Positions 24,601 through 32,818 of a DNA stretch of 64,000 nucleotides are shown here, one piece after another. How positions within the stretch are numbered: position 1 is the first letter of the stretch; every line of letters starts with the position of its first letter. The notes under the pieces were generated by a model that worked only from the letters and a program-made list of their open reading frames with translations, was not told where the DNA came from and ran no database searches. The position numbers and the translations under genes were made by a program. The stretch comes from a virus, in the IMG/VR virus record IMGVR_UViG_3300035438_000341, positions 32,047 to 96,046 of that record. One strand, written 5' to 3'.

Positions 24601-26069
24601 AAGCTTCAAACTATGATACAGCTAACATCAATGATCCATATTTAGTATTTAAGAAAATGATTCAATTAGATAAAGCTAAAAAAACTATCATCTCTTCTGT
24701 AGATGATATTATTTCAGGATCATTCATAAAAGAATTAAAAAATAAAATATTTGACTATAGAGATGCATTCTCTGAAATATTAATGTCAGATAAAGGAAAC
24801 GTTAGACAAGTGCTACAAAATGTTTTAGAACCTTATACAGATATGTCTGATAGAGATTTTGTTAAGCTTTCACAAAAAGCTGTAAATGATCTATTTGATT
24901 GGGCTGTACAAACTACATTCAAAGAGGGTGTACCTGTAAACACAAAGGTGGCTAGAATATTATTAGGAACAGAGACAGAAAAATCTGCAGCTGAACAAAT
25001 TATTGATTATAGAGATTCAATATTAGGTAATCCTGTAAAAGGAATAGCTCCTAAGCCAGATCATAAGTTATTCAATAACATCATTCTTAATTCACTATCT
25101 ATAGATCAAAACGATAAAAATGGTGGTAGAAAAGGTGCTCCTATCAATCTTATATTAGATAACAGAGAAAACAAAGTGTCTGATCAAAACTTAACTATAT
25201 ATGGATTCAATGAGTTAAGAGAAACACTGAAAGAAGAAAACAATTTGAAACTATATGGTAAGTTAACAAGACTTGCTTTATTACAATCAGGGTTAACTAA
25301 TTCTCCTATATCATTCACTAACCTTCTTCCTTATAATGATTTCAAAGGATTGTACAATGAAACCTTGTCTATATTAGAAAAACTTCCTAACTTAGCACAG
25401 TTTCAAGAATTAAATATTTTTGAAAGAAACAATTGGAACAATAGTGATGTAGTTACATACAAAAGAGCTACATTATATTTTGGAGAAGATAAAGATGGTA
25501 CTAAGTATGTATCTAATCTAGATAGAGATACATTAGTTAAACCATTGAAAAAAGCAACAAACAATGGTATTATTCCTAAGTTAGTTGGGATTAGTCCTAT
25601 GTCAGAAGCTGGTAGATCAGATTTCATTGTTTATTCTTACGAGGATGTTATTTCTTCAGAACAAAGAATTCTTAGAAGAAAAACTGGTAACACACAACAT
25701 CAACATAAAATGTTAATGCAGAAGGTGTACACAACAGATGCTAATAACAAAAGAGTTCCTCTTCTTCACATTACGGAAAAGAATGGAAAGGTTTACACTA
25801 AGTATGTATACAAAGCAATCAATGCTTGGGGAGATTCATTCAGAGCACAAGAGTTCTACACAACAAATCAACAATCAGTTCTTGATAATGGATTTGATAA
25901 AGTGAACGAAGTGAAAGATGATGTCATTGTAGATATATATAAAGGTGGTGCTACTACTACTGCTGTAGAAACTGTAAGTGAAAAACCTGAAAGTGTTACA
26001 CAAGAAGAATGGGATGCTTCAACTCCTAAAGAAAAGGCAGAAATAATAAGACAACAAAAAGAATGTTAA
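12642..26069 (+). CDS. Giant virion polyprotein containing the crAss-type virion RNA polymerase, a J-domain and a degenerate zincin motif
   Basis: GSDFDIDKL catalytic motif (DFDID at 23409-23423) preceded by RIPTQ, as in phi14:2 gp66; HPDKN from 18648; HEVFE from 19134; 4475 aa. Confidence 0.9.
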   Translation: MAENNLESIDKAQNGAAAVNPVPTQLNVETPMLDRLDLENQFGGYTAPGIPEPLPTYASPDNVYPDAVPLTSNLGGGGDDGSLESLYSSLRTPTSTKPGGSIMRTLSEVSSNRYDNFVPGDYNNEDAYAQNQSWTSKMINGVGKGLLLTGTTFLQGTVGMVNGLVQWGKDGRFASFYDNDFNRNLDEVIRKAEDVAPNFYTDVEKNASWYSPDYFLTGNFLWDGVVKNMGFAAGAYLTGGVYSAGLKGLAALPGASRLLSMGKVAEAVAKSEEMLLKLDKGTEAYGKIKALSDSYLRTYNILDKGHRAVVAGLSTSGEAGFEAFQNLNTFRNQKIQEFKDKNNGLEPKGADLDNINRSADSVGNASFLGNVALLSATNYIQFPKILGSSYKAEKGIINNVTRGIGDITTDAAGKFVAKTPKNKVLNTINKIRPYTFSASEGFEEGAQFSIGVGVNDYYNKKYNNEPTSWLDALSTGITEGFLSDEGAKNVLIGGLSGAIMMGKSKFQEGRETSKNTAEAITQFNNYQLSDFTKETKDSVNRGTVLQEEREQLLKEGNITESKDKETDYIINYLTPRIKFGRFDLVKAEIDDYRTLASTNDGFNELVKEEKALPTDTREAFLDRLNKFEQTANNVKSLYQTLNLRYSGLANADGTPMYPTSVIDKMLYATTKISDYEQRIPELTSQLIGSVDNIDEILQDVSEGKLDTFNTAVANLQASKLINKEELIEALDDAAFMTAKRDVLLKQYDGLKNNPEKYVAVEPTITDSEGNVLDENGNIVPKETVIVKVKDGKTGQVVDKKIEIGTEYVLGKIVKYDKDGNEVIQAPTLSILADNGDGTFKIKDKNGIRNVSAETLEGYQLSKLSDITKDKKKNYAYINRNNTFSNKLIKDANGNPVIGRLEYSANKDRLTFVYKNEKGQVIRSEVWNNMFKAQGTYKEAIITQVGEVTAEAAQATEEFVNAVTTISQKLQTRNNIILDLYDKSVKRLDEITKKLNTSKERTAKALEALEDQLAKESLTKKGTPRKNQTPAMKKIINELSSIQATLNKENEQLLSEKEELESNIPFFKDFLDNLESLPESGREMIKLLKDDINTLEDLIDITNQAIKDNSSLLKQIEDAFLKAVSIFNDYIKRLQQENPGVPLFIDDLQANLERALGDEGAQYYINNKQGITTQVLELESDINDFSAELKIPALNKKAEELVKDIADLKEGLDKLINEQIAKREILNAFEQFAEDVKKQEEEAAQMQRNVTLGQELLGTLTGSVQNFFGTKPYEQEAKKDKLTVVGATKPFTGDTVERPLPGYAARVNHFGTRVSDMDNVDDLRGVIVTANTEDQILSGLTEAFLSEDITDAKRKEEVRKEVIFLVVTENGQLVDKDGKLIPGKSADETQEAYNKRLYDNAIFQVFPSASLAYTKGDVETGSMFRDTVPEYERESLKEQYKAWRDGQLSNTTLDKKGQKFKTSFGNLEFVKYKNADGTTSVDTSARTSAQDAGLLAKGILNRDAVITVATTNDDKSEGSVSFKSPKGRVFLRIPGQGLVRLYNKKFNKTESETIFDAMLNLAKNASANGSLFGNEKEEVNKNILNWLKSVVYWGIAKDKEGNRKPAGYNNIWFEDVMEDGKQVKKLFMSGLQKESQRYFDFTPQGLINSKQDILGLLGQMYANTDAKKVNIDTYNAPYDEILSFDNLGLPVTRTWPNYQTYLLSANIVDKDGNVIGKRTGKEIPLTTQVRPLTSAEDTNRKGVYFTLNSSVEYTVPAAPIVKPAVVVTPAPVAATPTAQAPVAPTASPVVPQQQPTPPGQYNLNGEAENSRMFGNGVGEIRFTFNSAKAIEYIKSLSIDIFSIQGLLPAEISTAFFKNDIMNINSDDVKMKIGQIKENLRDTNPDATDEELTGKALNIAVSMIWKDVAPQVVGEMTPVQPAIADEAPTSLVTRINDTITKIFEYESLFDFSTDQPGKVVKGEFIPDNLGSQIFEALNKSIKGELVKTDKVEAQKLFKEYAKEVHPDKNTQSSERQTIAEAFFKAMSVAKEQGRVDILNELKDKFDLEIAEVTTVVKTPIEEEEVVTPEKVVPATTLPEGFINLDDIEDVDVDRSEMRVAQAIDKLDQFKAENWKKLEEDYNKMLPNVPLYRVKNLIKGTNGRQLWGMFHDAAVYVYENAEEGTAYHEVFEAVWKMFAGPAQKQAIINEFKSRTGSFTDRETRKSVEYKNATAYQIKEQLAEEFREAVLFDKLGKPLESKSLISRLFSQLIDAIKAFFVGPRAQINTRELFNRIGNGYYAQFNPYETQLSYAKKGVIDIENAQANQTSEGRSTTIPEIEMHDIIQHMTFLTLTKLSLNNESVFTVNDQKESELYPALKLGILKLLAGQKKLNDILVTEGKSTLEKVTRMNNNLDTLSYNIQMEWAEITANHKAHLKTFDVQFDENDEGILNSEENTGRGELEASNKIDSYRKANAALKLVLSTIPVTEMTGGKIDWLPSSIGGVTLIPADQIHIDLKSKLHSSMDIEDMLLGLKTMAENNPNYNALFRRLTGNSANQGLDITTIQEHDFQLAAALWKSISMQNPDVITVFLQEDGDVVVSNSTLSSAAKQAKKGMINDIISTLKADQSKYFRYVPATGRYYAKDNLKALEFDGSGLKQYVDFLNSIGIEFNERDLVDLKADQLSVFKKSVGYIREELAKVGDTKIVKDANNNDVEEDGGIRSISTKTLNIDGNLFELAIVKAVIENTEFQSTYFNINGERTQSFIGTNLISALHNTLSKLKNIEDLQNDPRHKRFAYLAAGNDVFVQGSQMLKKMFDIVGTDSTGKRRAGTEDIGKPVIVDGIVDEETGKKKEASKVSYRQRLIQELNLNLSGIFMNLVPGDASLEHAIRMYNAKDPFVSEDQLLNKGYLDIFKDYFMSEVELVKENRNTAKDNGKDLRFFKAILGDEAHKKIASRIKKDTDAEQLYQDNKEAINSAVEAFIKQETEDTEDLLRSYDIVTTEDGQVSVDKVSLFKKGEAVTQAGLNTKLKALSINYMIANIEMHKILYSDPYQYNDELKRIKNFTSPGQPLVPSSQKIDARLNEIYNKGFEPDDIGYIDMTQDHFKSVTLADVLSTNKNLGYDVPYEETDGGGLITLKATKVFKLRAGTWTSNNEKQYRFDIAFEELFKSGASEETLKKFLKGNPGIKDTYTPVKPIVRGNKDNGRTYNDIVLHKFALAPISFRILYEMNPDSNAIKLYNKMQAENIDYAVFASGSKVGTEKISPLYNAKGEFDNTPFQDAKEKKGNLADNVKRAVTNIPFTIVAVQSEVPSKDVPSVTQGSQITKLATMDYLESGVPVDFMAGKEFEDRFLAWLDLDDKSSYNNGTNIYNEIVNNQKLLEARIEDAVESLYKKLGIKETVNEEGNREWRIEDRDKLVKTLTEEIGKREINYNITDAFEGFVKGDVILEATPIYQQVRNILYSIADKTIVRPKISGGMKVQVSSALLESVRAEGKPVLDDKGKPTFNKDGSPKLSYESTELEFYKNEDGKRVCEIMIGRWFKSNKSDADLMNYFNNTDEGKKELAAITGVAFRIPTQKQNSIDVFKIKQFLPKDFGDSVIIPSALVKKAGSDFDIDKLSIYLKNLFTENSGKLKRIPFYGTGENAKKEFGKLYDVGYFDNYISQMKDSLSLESAEDRLMESMFPEEYSLQRENVIDTLYKKSLENAYIQSLENLISHPLNYDNLVKPNDAKPLSDLSDAIQKEMGYGKADFGNVGNMLSRRFMSNLRQSFVGGKQALGIAAQGQVGHAQRQRSVTYIDVDRLEGDLVDEQDKIILGTKSDSTIFATDTNINFQEYNSAVINGVKRPMLSWIKNKAGEYISDINGMFIDGYVDISKGDWIIKLGATTNTASTWLFLIDLGVPIDTVGYFMNQPIIRDYLRSIENKGYSWLYIEDMIEDKLAEYSPSKEFIKSGTSVKGIPAEADLFKMLKYNNAAPKSDMTDIQKLQQQYMLKEFLKYAKMASHMFNVSQASNYDTANINDPYLVFKKMIQLDKAKKTIISSVDDIISGSFIKELKNKIFDYRDAFSEILMSDKGNVRQVLQNVLEPYTDMSDRDFVKLSQKAVNDLFDWAVQTTFKEGVPVNTKVARILLGTETEKSAAEQIIDYRDSILGNPVKGIAPKPDHKLFNNIILNSLSIDQNDKNGGRKGAPINLILDNRENKVSDQNLTIYGFNELRETLKEENNLKLYGKLTRLALLQSGLTNSPISFTNLLPYNDFKGLYNETLSILEKLPNLAQFQELNIFERNNWNNSDVVTYKRATLYFGEDKDGTKYVSNLDRDTLVKPLKKATNNGIIPKLVGISPMSEAGRSDFIVYSYEDVISSEQRILRRKTGNTQHQHKMLMQKVYTTDANNKRVPLLHITEKNGKVYTKYVYKAINAWGDSFRAQEFYTTNQQSVLDNGFDKVNEVKDDVIVDIYKGGATTTAVETVSEKPESVTQEEWDASTPKEKAEIIRQQKEC

Positions 26070-26070
26070 T

Positions 26071-29000
26071 ATGGCAAGTTGCATAAATAAAAATACTGAA
26101 GAATTCAAAGCGTTAGCTGAACAATCTAAGATCAATCCAATAATTCTTGCTGCAAAGATTTCTTTGTGGCAGGAAGAAAATGGTTTAGACAACTTTCCTG
26201 TTGTATCAGATGTAATGTTACAAACAGAAGATATGCCTTCATCTAAAGCTTCAGAAGAAACTGTAGCTGTGATGAGGAAAGCTGCTGAACAAATGGGTAT
26301 TGATATTCAAGACTTGCTTGATTATGCTAAAGCTAATCCTAATGTTGATGTTAAAAATGTAAATGGACTTGCTGATCTTATGAAAGGAGCAGTAGCTGTT
26401 GCACAAGGTAAAGAAGATGTAGCATTAATTGAGGAGATAGTTCACATCACAACAGCTATATTAGAACAAACTGATCCAAAACTTATAACAGAACTTATTA
26501 GTAAGATAGATAGATTTAAAATCTATAAGCAAGTATTAGAGGTTTATAGTAAAAAGAAAGAATATCAGCTTGCTAATGGAAAACCTGACATTAGAAAGAT
26601 TAAAAAAGAAGCTGTGGATAAACTTATATCTGAGGTGGTAGTTTATCAATCTGAGGGATCTACAGAGTATCCAGAGCTAATAGAAGAGGAAACTAGAAAT
26701 TGGGTTCAAGGATTATGGAATATGATTCTTGATAAGCTTAGGGGAATATATAAAAAATCTAACATTGATATATTCCAAGAAGTGGGTGGTATAGTGAGAG
26801 CTGGTGAAGCAGGAACTGTAGCAGATATTAAAACTGGTGGTATATATCTCCAAATAGATAGTAGTGTTAAAGCTAAGATAGATAACTTCTACAATAAAGT
26901 GAAAGACTATGCTAAAGAAATGGTGTATAATCCAGAAATAAAAGATGCTTCAGGAAATGTAACTCAAAAAAGAGGGTATACATTTAAAGGGGAAACAGTA
27001 GCTACAACTATTACAGAGAAAATAAAAAAGAATAAAAAGTTTCCAGAAAGAACACCTGAACAACAAGCTAGTGATGATGCTAAAAAAGATTGGGGAAGTG
27101 AAGGACACAGATTCCTAGAAAAATATTTTGTTACAAATCTTATTGATCAAGATGGATATAGAAAACCTGTATTTGGAAACAGTCGTATAGATTCTACATT
27201 AAGTTTAGATTTACAAATAAAGTTAAAAGGTTTTGCAGAAGAACTTATTGCAAGTTATCCTGTAGGTACAAGATTTCTTATAGAAGAAATGGTTGTTAAT
27301 ACAAAAGAGAAAGGAATGATTGGCTCTAGAGTGGATTTTAAAGCTGTATATCCTTTTGAAAAGAAGGATGGAACTTTTGATATGAAGATTGATACTCTTG
27401 ACTGGAAATTTACTACAGTGGATAAAACTAAGTATGAAGATATATCAAGAGATAAAATAAAAGACTGGGTTCCTCAAATGGGACAGTTTGTTGCTATTGA
27501 TTATACATATGGAGCTAACCAAACTCAAATAGGTAAATCTCGTATGATTCCTTTTATAATGAATTATAATTACAGAATAGCAGGAGATAAGAAATCTGGA
27601 TTAGTTCCAGAATCTATGGAGATAGGTAAACTTGATTCACTTAAAGAAACTAATCTTTATTTACTTCCTGTTCCTATCACTACAGAAACTACAGGTAATG
27701 AAGCAGTAGATAAATTAATTGTATCATTACAGGCTCAGTGGGATAAATTATATAGTAAACCTGTAACGTTTGAAGGAAAAGATAAAAGGATTGCTGATTT
27801 AGCAGAGCTTAGTAAGGCTATTCGTTTCTTACATTTAAAGCTTGATTTTGAACCATTGGTTAATGTTGGTAAAACATTCTTAAATAATGCTGCAGATACG
27901 TTAAAAGAGTTCAAGGCTATAAAGTTTGCAGAATTAGATGATGTTGAACTAAGTAAAAAACTACAAGATCTAATTTCTTATAAAGAAGGAGCACAAAAAT
28001 ATGCAGGTTTAGGAGAAACATTCCTTTCGTACTATCCAAGAAAGAGTTTAAATGCAGAAAGTCAAAAAATATTAGATGATTTAACTAATATTTCTAGATC
28101 TACAGATGCTATGTTGAAGGTGATAGATGATTTACAAAAACAATTTGTTGTAGAATTAGCTGTAAGAGAAAAGTTTACAACAGAAGAAACACAATTATCT
28201 GTATTAGATGCAGAAGCTAGCATTGTAGGAATGTCAAAAGCTTTCTTAGAATCTAGTAAACTTTCTTCTATGATAATAAATCTGACTACCAATTTAATAA
28301 TGGTAGCTAAAAAAGTTGTAGATGGTAAAGTTAGAAAACAAATCAAACAGTTTGGAGAGTTACTTATTCCTTTAGAGAAAGAAGCAAAAGCAAGAGGAAT
28401 AAAAGCTTTTGATATGATTGCTACAAAGTCTAAAGATGGAATGTCACTTATCAAAAAAATTAATCCTGAGTTTTGGGTGAAGGTTAATAAAGCTAAAGAA
28501 GATAATAACAAACAATTCTTCTTAGATAATGTAAACTTAGATGAATATAAAGCTCTTGCTAAAACAGCTATAGAACAAAGAACTATAGATGCTAGCAAAA
28601 GACAATACGCATCTGATCCAGAAACTAATGAGAGATACAAACAATATGCTATTGATGCTATTAATAATGCATTAGATATAACTAGAGATTCATTTAATGG
28701 ATACAATGATAAAACATTTGGATATTTATTTAGCAAATCCTTTAAGCAAGATAAAAACTATTCTAAGGAATATGTAGAAATGTCTAAGAGTAAAGCAGCG
28801 TTAGATGTTTGGAATGTCTTCACTAAGCTAAATGAAAGAGCTGAAGCAATGGGTTATCTTGGAGAATATAAAGATTCATTCTTTCCATTAATGGAAGCTA
28901 CAATATTAGAGAAGTTCTATCAGACTAGTAATGTAGCAGGACAAACAAAAGATTTCTTTCAAGATTTTTATAAGATAAAAGTAAATGAGGAGCAACAATT

Positions 29001-30861
29001 TTCTAAAAATGATCCAGAAACTGGTAAGGTTAAATTAGTTATTCCTAAACTTTTTACAAAAACAGACAAATCTATTGAGCAACTATCTACAGATCTTAAT
29101 AAAGTGGGAAGTATTTGGATTAAATCTATAGAAGAATATGAAAATAAAAAGAATTTAGAGAGTAAACTTCTTACATTACATTCTATAGAAGCTGCTAAAG
29201 GAAGTCTTATAATGGAGAATGGTAAAGTGGTAATTGAAGCAGGAGTTCCTAAAGTCAATCTTGATGAGAATAAAAATGCTGATCTATTGAAAGTTATTAT
29301 AAATGATTATTTATACAACTTAACAGAGAATCAAAGTTCATTAGGTAACATAACTATATCTGCAGCAGCATCTAAGTTAGGTAAAACAGAAGAAGATGTA
29401 GAAAAGGTTGAAGTGGGTACAAAGAAGGTGATAGCTACAGCAGATACATGGATACAATCATTGGCTGTAGGACTTAAACCAGCTATTGCAATAGCTAACT
29501 GGTTTGGTAATCAATTTACAGCATTCATACAAGCTGGAGGGTTCTATAATTTTTGGACTGATTTTGAAAAAAATAATCTAAAAGTTACTACTGGTAAACT
29601 AACTACAATAGAGAGAGGACTATTAGATTTGATACATCCTTTAAATGAAGATGTGTCTGAAGAAGAAAGAAGAAAACTTGCTTGGAAACAAGGATATATA
29701 GAATATCTTTCTACATGGTCTTTTACAGACATAATGCAAGTGACAAACTCTTTCCCTGAAAGAAAACTACAATTTGCTAATGCACTAAGCTTTATTGATA
29801 ACTCAATTGTGATAGATGGAGAAATTAGAAACATTAGAAAGTATTTAAAAGCTCAAGATAGAGCTACTAAGTATAATCTATCTACTAGTGAAAGAAAAGC
29901 ATTAGAAGCTACATTTGAAACCAGGGTGACAGAATTAAAAAATGCTCCTAATGCATTAAAGAATATCGCTAAGATAGAAAATGGTGAAATGGTTATACCA
30001 GGCGTAAGTGATTTGAACATTGCTAAGTTTAGTCTTACTGTGTCTGAATATGCTAGAACATTGAATGGTCAGATGAGTCTTACTAACAAAGCTGATTATA
30101 GAAGAGACACAATGTTTAGTTCATTTATGATGTTCAAAAACTGGATACCTAAACTTGTTACAGCAAGAGGAATGGATATCAAGAGAAATGTTGAACTTGA
30201 TACATGGGAGTATGGTAGAACAAGAGCATTTTTTAAAACAGTAGCCTTCCTTGGAAAATCTAATATATCATCTATGATTGATATTATTAATGGTACTGAG
30301 AAGGGATTGAAAATATTAGATGAGTTATTAGCAGCTAAGAAAATAGAACATTATAAAAAGACTGGACAAGAGTTAGAAATAACACAAGAAGAGTTTTATG
30401 ATCTAATGAGAGAACAATTAGTTAATCAATCTAAAGAACTTGGTTTATTATTAGGTTTGCTATTAATTGTATTTGCTGCAGCTGCTGCTGAACCACCAGA
30501 AGATGCTACAGATGCTGAAAAGAATGCATATAAGTGGTACAGTAAAGTTATAAATAAAATTAGTGATGAGGTTTCTTTCTATTATAATCCAATATCATTT
30601 GAGTCTATAACAAAAGGAAGTTTACTTCCATCTGTAGGACTTTTGTCTAAAGCATTTAAAATTGTAGATCAGGTATCTACAGAAGGATATGGAATAGCTA
30701 CAGATAATGAAGAAATGATGGAAAAAGCTCATGGATTAAAATATTTATTAAACATAATTCCAGGATTATCTCAAGCACAAAATGAAGCTCTTCCATATCT
30801 ATATCCTGAACTTGCAAAAGAAATGGGAATCAGAGTTTCCAAAGAAGCTAGAAGTAGGTAA
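26071..30861 (+). CDS. Large virion cargo protein with a PD-(D/E)xK nuclease-like domain
   Basis: 1596 aa directly after the vRNAP gene; GSEGH..E / E..V / G.RVD / D.LDWK motif series; EEIVH zincin remnant; hydrophobic segment near the C-terminus. Confidence 0.7.
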   Translation: MASCINKNTEEFKALAEQSKINPIILAAKISLWQEENGLDNFPVVSDVMLQTEDMPSSKASEETVAVMRKAAEQMGIDIQDLLDYAKANPNVDVKNVNGLADLMKGAVAVAQGKEDVALIEEIVHITTAILEQTDPKLITELISKIDRFKIYKQVLEVYSKKKEYQLANGKPDIRKIKKEAVDKLISEVVVYQSEGSTEYPELIEEETRNWVQGLWNMILDKLRGIYKKSNIDIFQEVGGIVRAGEAGTVADIKTGGIYLQIDSSVKAKIDNFYNKVKDYAKEMVYNPEIKDASGNVTQKRGYTFKGETVATTITEKIKKNKKFPERTPEQQASDDAKKDWGSEGHRFLEKYFVTNLIDQDGYRKPVFGNSRIDSTLSLDLQIKLKGFAEELIASYPVGTRFLIEEMVVNTKEKGMIGSRVDFKAVYPFEKKDGTFDMKIDTLDWKFTTVDKTKYEDISRDKIKDWVPQMGQFVAIDYTYGANQTQIGKSRMIPFIMNYNYRIAGDKKSGLVPESMEIGKLDSLKETNLYLLPVPITTETTGNEAVDKLIVSLQAQWDKLYSKPVTFEGKDKRIADLAELSKAIRFLHLKLDFEPLVNVGKTFLNNAADTLKEFKAIKFAELDDVELSKKLQDLISYKEGAQKYAGLGETFLSYYPRKSLNAESQKILDDLTNISRSTDAMLKVIDDLQKQFVVELAVREKFTTEETQLSVLDAEASIVGMSKAFLESSKLSSMIINLTTNLIMVAKKVVDGKVRKQIKQFGELLIPLEKEAKARGIKAFDMIATKSKDGMSLIKKINPEFWVKVNKAKEDNNKQFFLDNVNLDEYKALAKTAIEQRTIDASKRQYASDPETNERYKQYAIDAINNALDITRDSFNGYNDKTFGYLFSKSFKQDKNYSKEYVEMSKSKAALDVWNVFTKLNERAEAMGYLGEYKDSFFPLMEATILEKFYQTSNVAGQTKDFFQDFYKIKVNEEQQFSKNDPETGKVKLVIPKLFTKTDKSIEQLSTDLNKVGSIWIKSIEEYENKKNLESKLLTLHSIEAAKGSLIMENGKVVIEAGVPKVNLDENKNADLLKVIINDYLYNLTENQSSLGNITISAAASKLGKTEEDVEKVEVGTKKVIATADTWIQSLAVGLKPAIAIANWFGNQFTAFIQAGGFYNFWTDFEKNNLKVTTGKLTTIERGLLDLIHPLNEDVSEEERRKLAWKQGYIEYLSTWSFTDIMQVTNSFPERKLQFANALSFIDNSIVIDGEIRNIRKYLKAQDRATKYNLSTSERKALEATFETRVTELKNAPNALKNIAKIENGEMVIPGVSDLNIAKFSLTVSEYARTLNGQMSLTNKADYRRDTMFSSFMMFKNWIPKLVTARGMDIKRNVELDTWEYGRTRAFFKTVAFLGKSNISSMIDIINGTEKGLKILDELLAAKKIEHYKKTGQELEITQEEFYDLMREQLVNQSKELGLLLGLLLIVFAAAAAEPPEDATDAEKNAYKWYSKVINKISDEVSFYYNPISFESITKGSLLPSVGLLSKAFKIVDQVSTEGYGIATDNEEMMEKAHGLKYLLNIIPGLSQAQNEALPYLYPELAKEMGIRVSKEARSR

Positions 30862-30947
30862 TAACGCTATATTATACCTATCTATTTTATATAACACTTT
30901 GACGTTAAGTTTATAAACATTATTTTTACACATTATACAACATACCC

Positions 30948-32816
30948 ATGAATCAATTTTGTGAAGCTATTCCATGTCCTGTTATACTAAATGCTACCTG
31001 CGTATTCTACGAAGGAGCTAATCTAGTATGTTCAGGAATCAATACTAATGACACTCTTGAGACCGTCATAGTTAAATTAAATACTAAATTATGTAATGTT
31101 AGTGGCACATCTGGAACCAGTGGGACTAGTGGGACTAGCGGTACATCAGGTAGTAGTGGTGCACAAGGAGATAAATATAGAACAACTAGCAATGATGAAC
31201 TTACATTAGGGCAAGGAGGACAATTAAATGTTGATACATTATTAGCATATACTCCTGGACAATCTATCATTATATCACATAATGCATATAACTATCAAGA
31301 GTGTATTGTTATTGATTATAATCCTTTAATAGGAATATTAAACTTTGAGTTTCCTTCACAAGTTTTTGGATCTGGAACATTTACCTATTGGGACATCAAT
31401 CTAAAAGGTGCTGCTGGTGGTGATGGTTCTTCAGGTAGCTCTGGTACATCTGGAACAACTGGTAGCAGTGGAACGTCAGGGACTAGTGGTTTAGCAGGAT
31501 CAGATGGTTGTCCTGGTACTAGCGGTACTAGTGGTACATCTGGTATTAATGGAACTTCAGGTACAAGAGGTACATCAGGTAGTAGTGGCACAAGTGGGAA
31601 CACTGGTTTAAATGGAAGTAGTGGAACATCTGGTACTTCTGGTACTTCTGGCACTACAGGTACTAGTGGAACGAGTGGAACATCAGGAACTAGTGGAACT
31701 AGTGGAAGTGGTGGTTCTTCTGGGACTAGTGGAACAACAGGTACTAGTGGTACATCAGGAACTTCTGCTACATCAGGTACATCAGGTACAACTGGAACAA
31801 GTGGATCTTCAGGTGTATCACCATCACAAACTCTTCAAGAAGTAACTGATTTAGGAGCTGAAACAACGCATCCTATAATTGCTAATTCATTTATAAAATC
31901 TGGAGGTACAGGAACTAATGTTTTATTAGATGATGGTGATATTATAGCGTTATCTTCTATAGAGAGCGTAACAACTTCTCCTATAACAGCAGATTTAGAG
32001 GTGGGGGGTATTGCAGATCAGCAAATAATTCCAATTGGCACAGACCTACAAGAATTTGCAACATTGCTATTAACTAAAACTTATTATCCAGTATTAACCG
32101 CTCCCACTTTTGCATTAAGTAATAATGCTGGAACAAGAGAGATTGGTAGTTCATCCGCTTTAACTTTAACATTTACTTACAACGATGGTGATGTACTAGG
32201 AAAAACAGTTGGAGGCATTTGGCAACCATCTACTTCACAAGGAGGAAGGTCTGGTGCTGCAATTAGTTATACCATTAATGGTACTACACAAACTGGTAAT
32301 ACGTTGTCAGTTTCTCCAATAATTACCGCAAGTGTAAATACATTTAGTGGAACAGTAACTTATGGAATAGGAATTCAACCATTAGATAGTAAAGGAATAA
32401 ATTATGATGCCCCATATCCAGCAGGAACATCCCCGACAAGATCAACTACTGTACAAGGAATATATCCATACTTTTGGTATAAGTCAGCTTCTCCTATAAC
32501 ATCGGCTGGAATGCAGGCAGCTATCGCGAATGGCACAGCAACTAAAGAAGTTTCATCATCAACAGGAACTATTACAATTGACTTTGATGCAGCAGGAGAA
32601 TACTTAGCATTTGCATACCCTAGCACATCAACAACAAAAACAGTTTGGTATGTGACAGCATTAAGTAACGGAACAATACCAGGAGGAGTATTCGGTGGAG
32701 CTACAACATTACCTTGTAATTCTTCCACAAGTTTATGGTCGAATGTTTCATATAAAATACACGTTACTGCGGGACTAATCACTGAATCACAACCAATGCA
32801 ACTTAGAAACTCTTAA
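30948..32816 (+). CDS. Fibre/decoration protein with (SGT)n Gly-X-Y repeats
   Basis: Cys-rich N-terminal anchor, long Ser-Gly-Thr triplet tracts, beta-rich C-terminus. Confidence 0.7.
   Translation: MNQFCEAIPCPVILNATCVFYEGANLVCSGINTNDTLETVIVKLNTKLCNVSGTSGTSGTSGTSGTSGSSGAQGDKYRTTSNDELTLGQGGQLNVDTLLAYTPGQSIIISHNAYNYQECIVIDYNPLIGILNFEFPSQVFGSGTFTYWDINLKGAAGGDGSSGSSGTSGTTGSSGTSGTSGLAGSDGCPGTSGTSGTSGINGTSGTRGTSGSSGTSGNTGLNGSSGTSGTSGTSGTTGTSGTSGTSGTSGTSGSGGSSGTSGTTGTSGTSGTSATSGTSGTTGTSGSSGVSPSQTLQEVTDLGAETTHPIIANSFIKSGGTGTNVLLDDGDIIALSSIESVTTSPITADLEVGGIADQQIIPIGTDLQEFATLLLTKTYYPVLTAPTFALSNNAGTREIGSSSALTLTFTYNDGDVLGKTVGGIWQPSTSQGGRSGAAISYTINGTTQTGNTLSVSPIITASVNTFSGTVTYGIGIQPLDSKGINYDAPYPAGTSPTRSTTVQGIYPYFWYKSASPITSAGMQAAIANGTATKEVSSSTGTITIDFDAAGEYLAFAYPSTSTTKTVWYVTALSNGTIPGGVFGGATTLPCNSSTSLWSNVSYKIHVTAGLITESQPMQLRNS
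31425..31815 (+). repeat. Coding 9-bp-period repeat encoding (S-G-T/S)n
   Basis: Synonymously diversified units such as ACTAGTGGA, ACATCAGGT and TCTGGT; a shorter tract lies at 31101-31160. Confidence 0.9.
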
Positions 32817-32818
32817 TT

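Noticed and set aside
31101-31815. Periodic repeats resembling a CRISPR array or satellite
   Set aside because: They are in-frame, synonymously varied Ser-Gly-Thr codons with no constant repeat/unique spacer structure and no cas genes.
3264-32782. Numerous antisense and alternate-frame ORFs in the track (e.g. 28062-28736, 6767-7198, 7045-7437)
   Set aside because: They are shadows of long sense genes with biased codon usage and show no motifs or expression signals.
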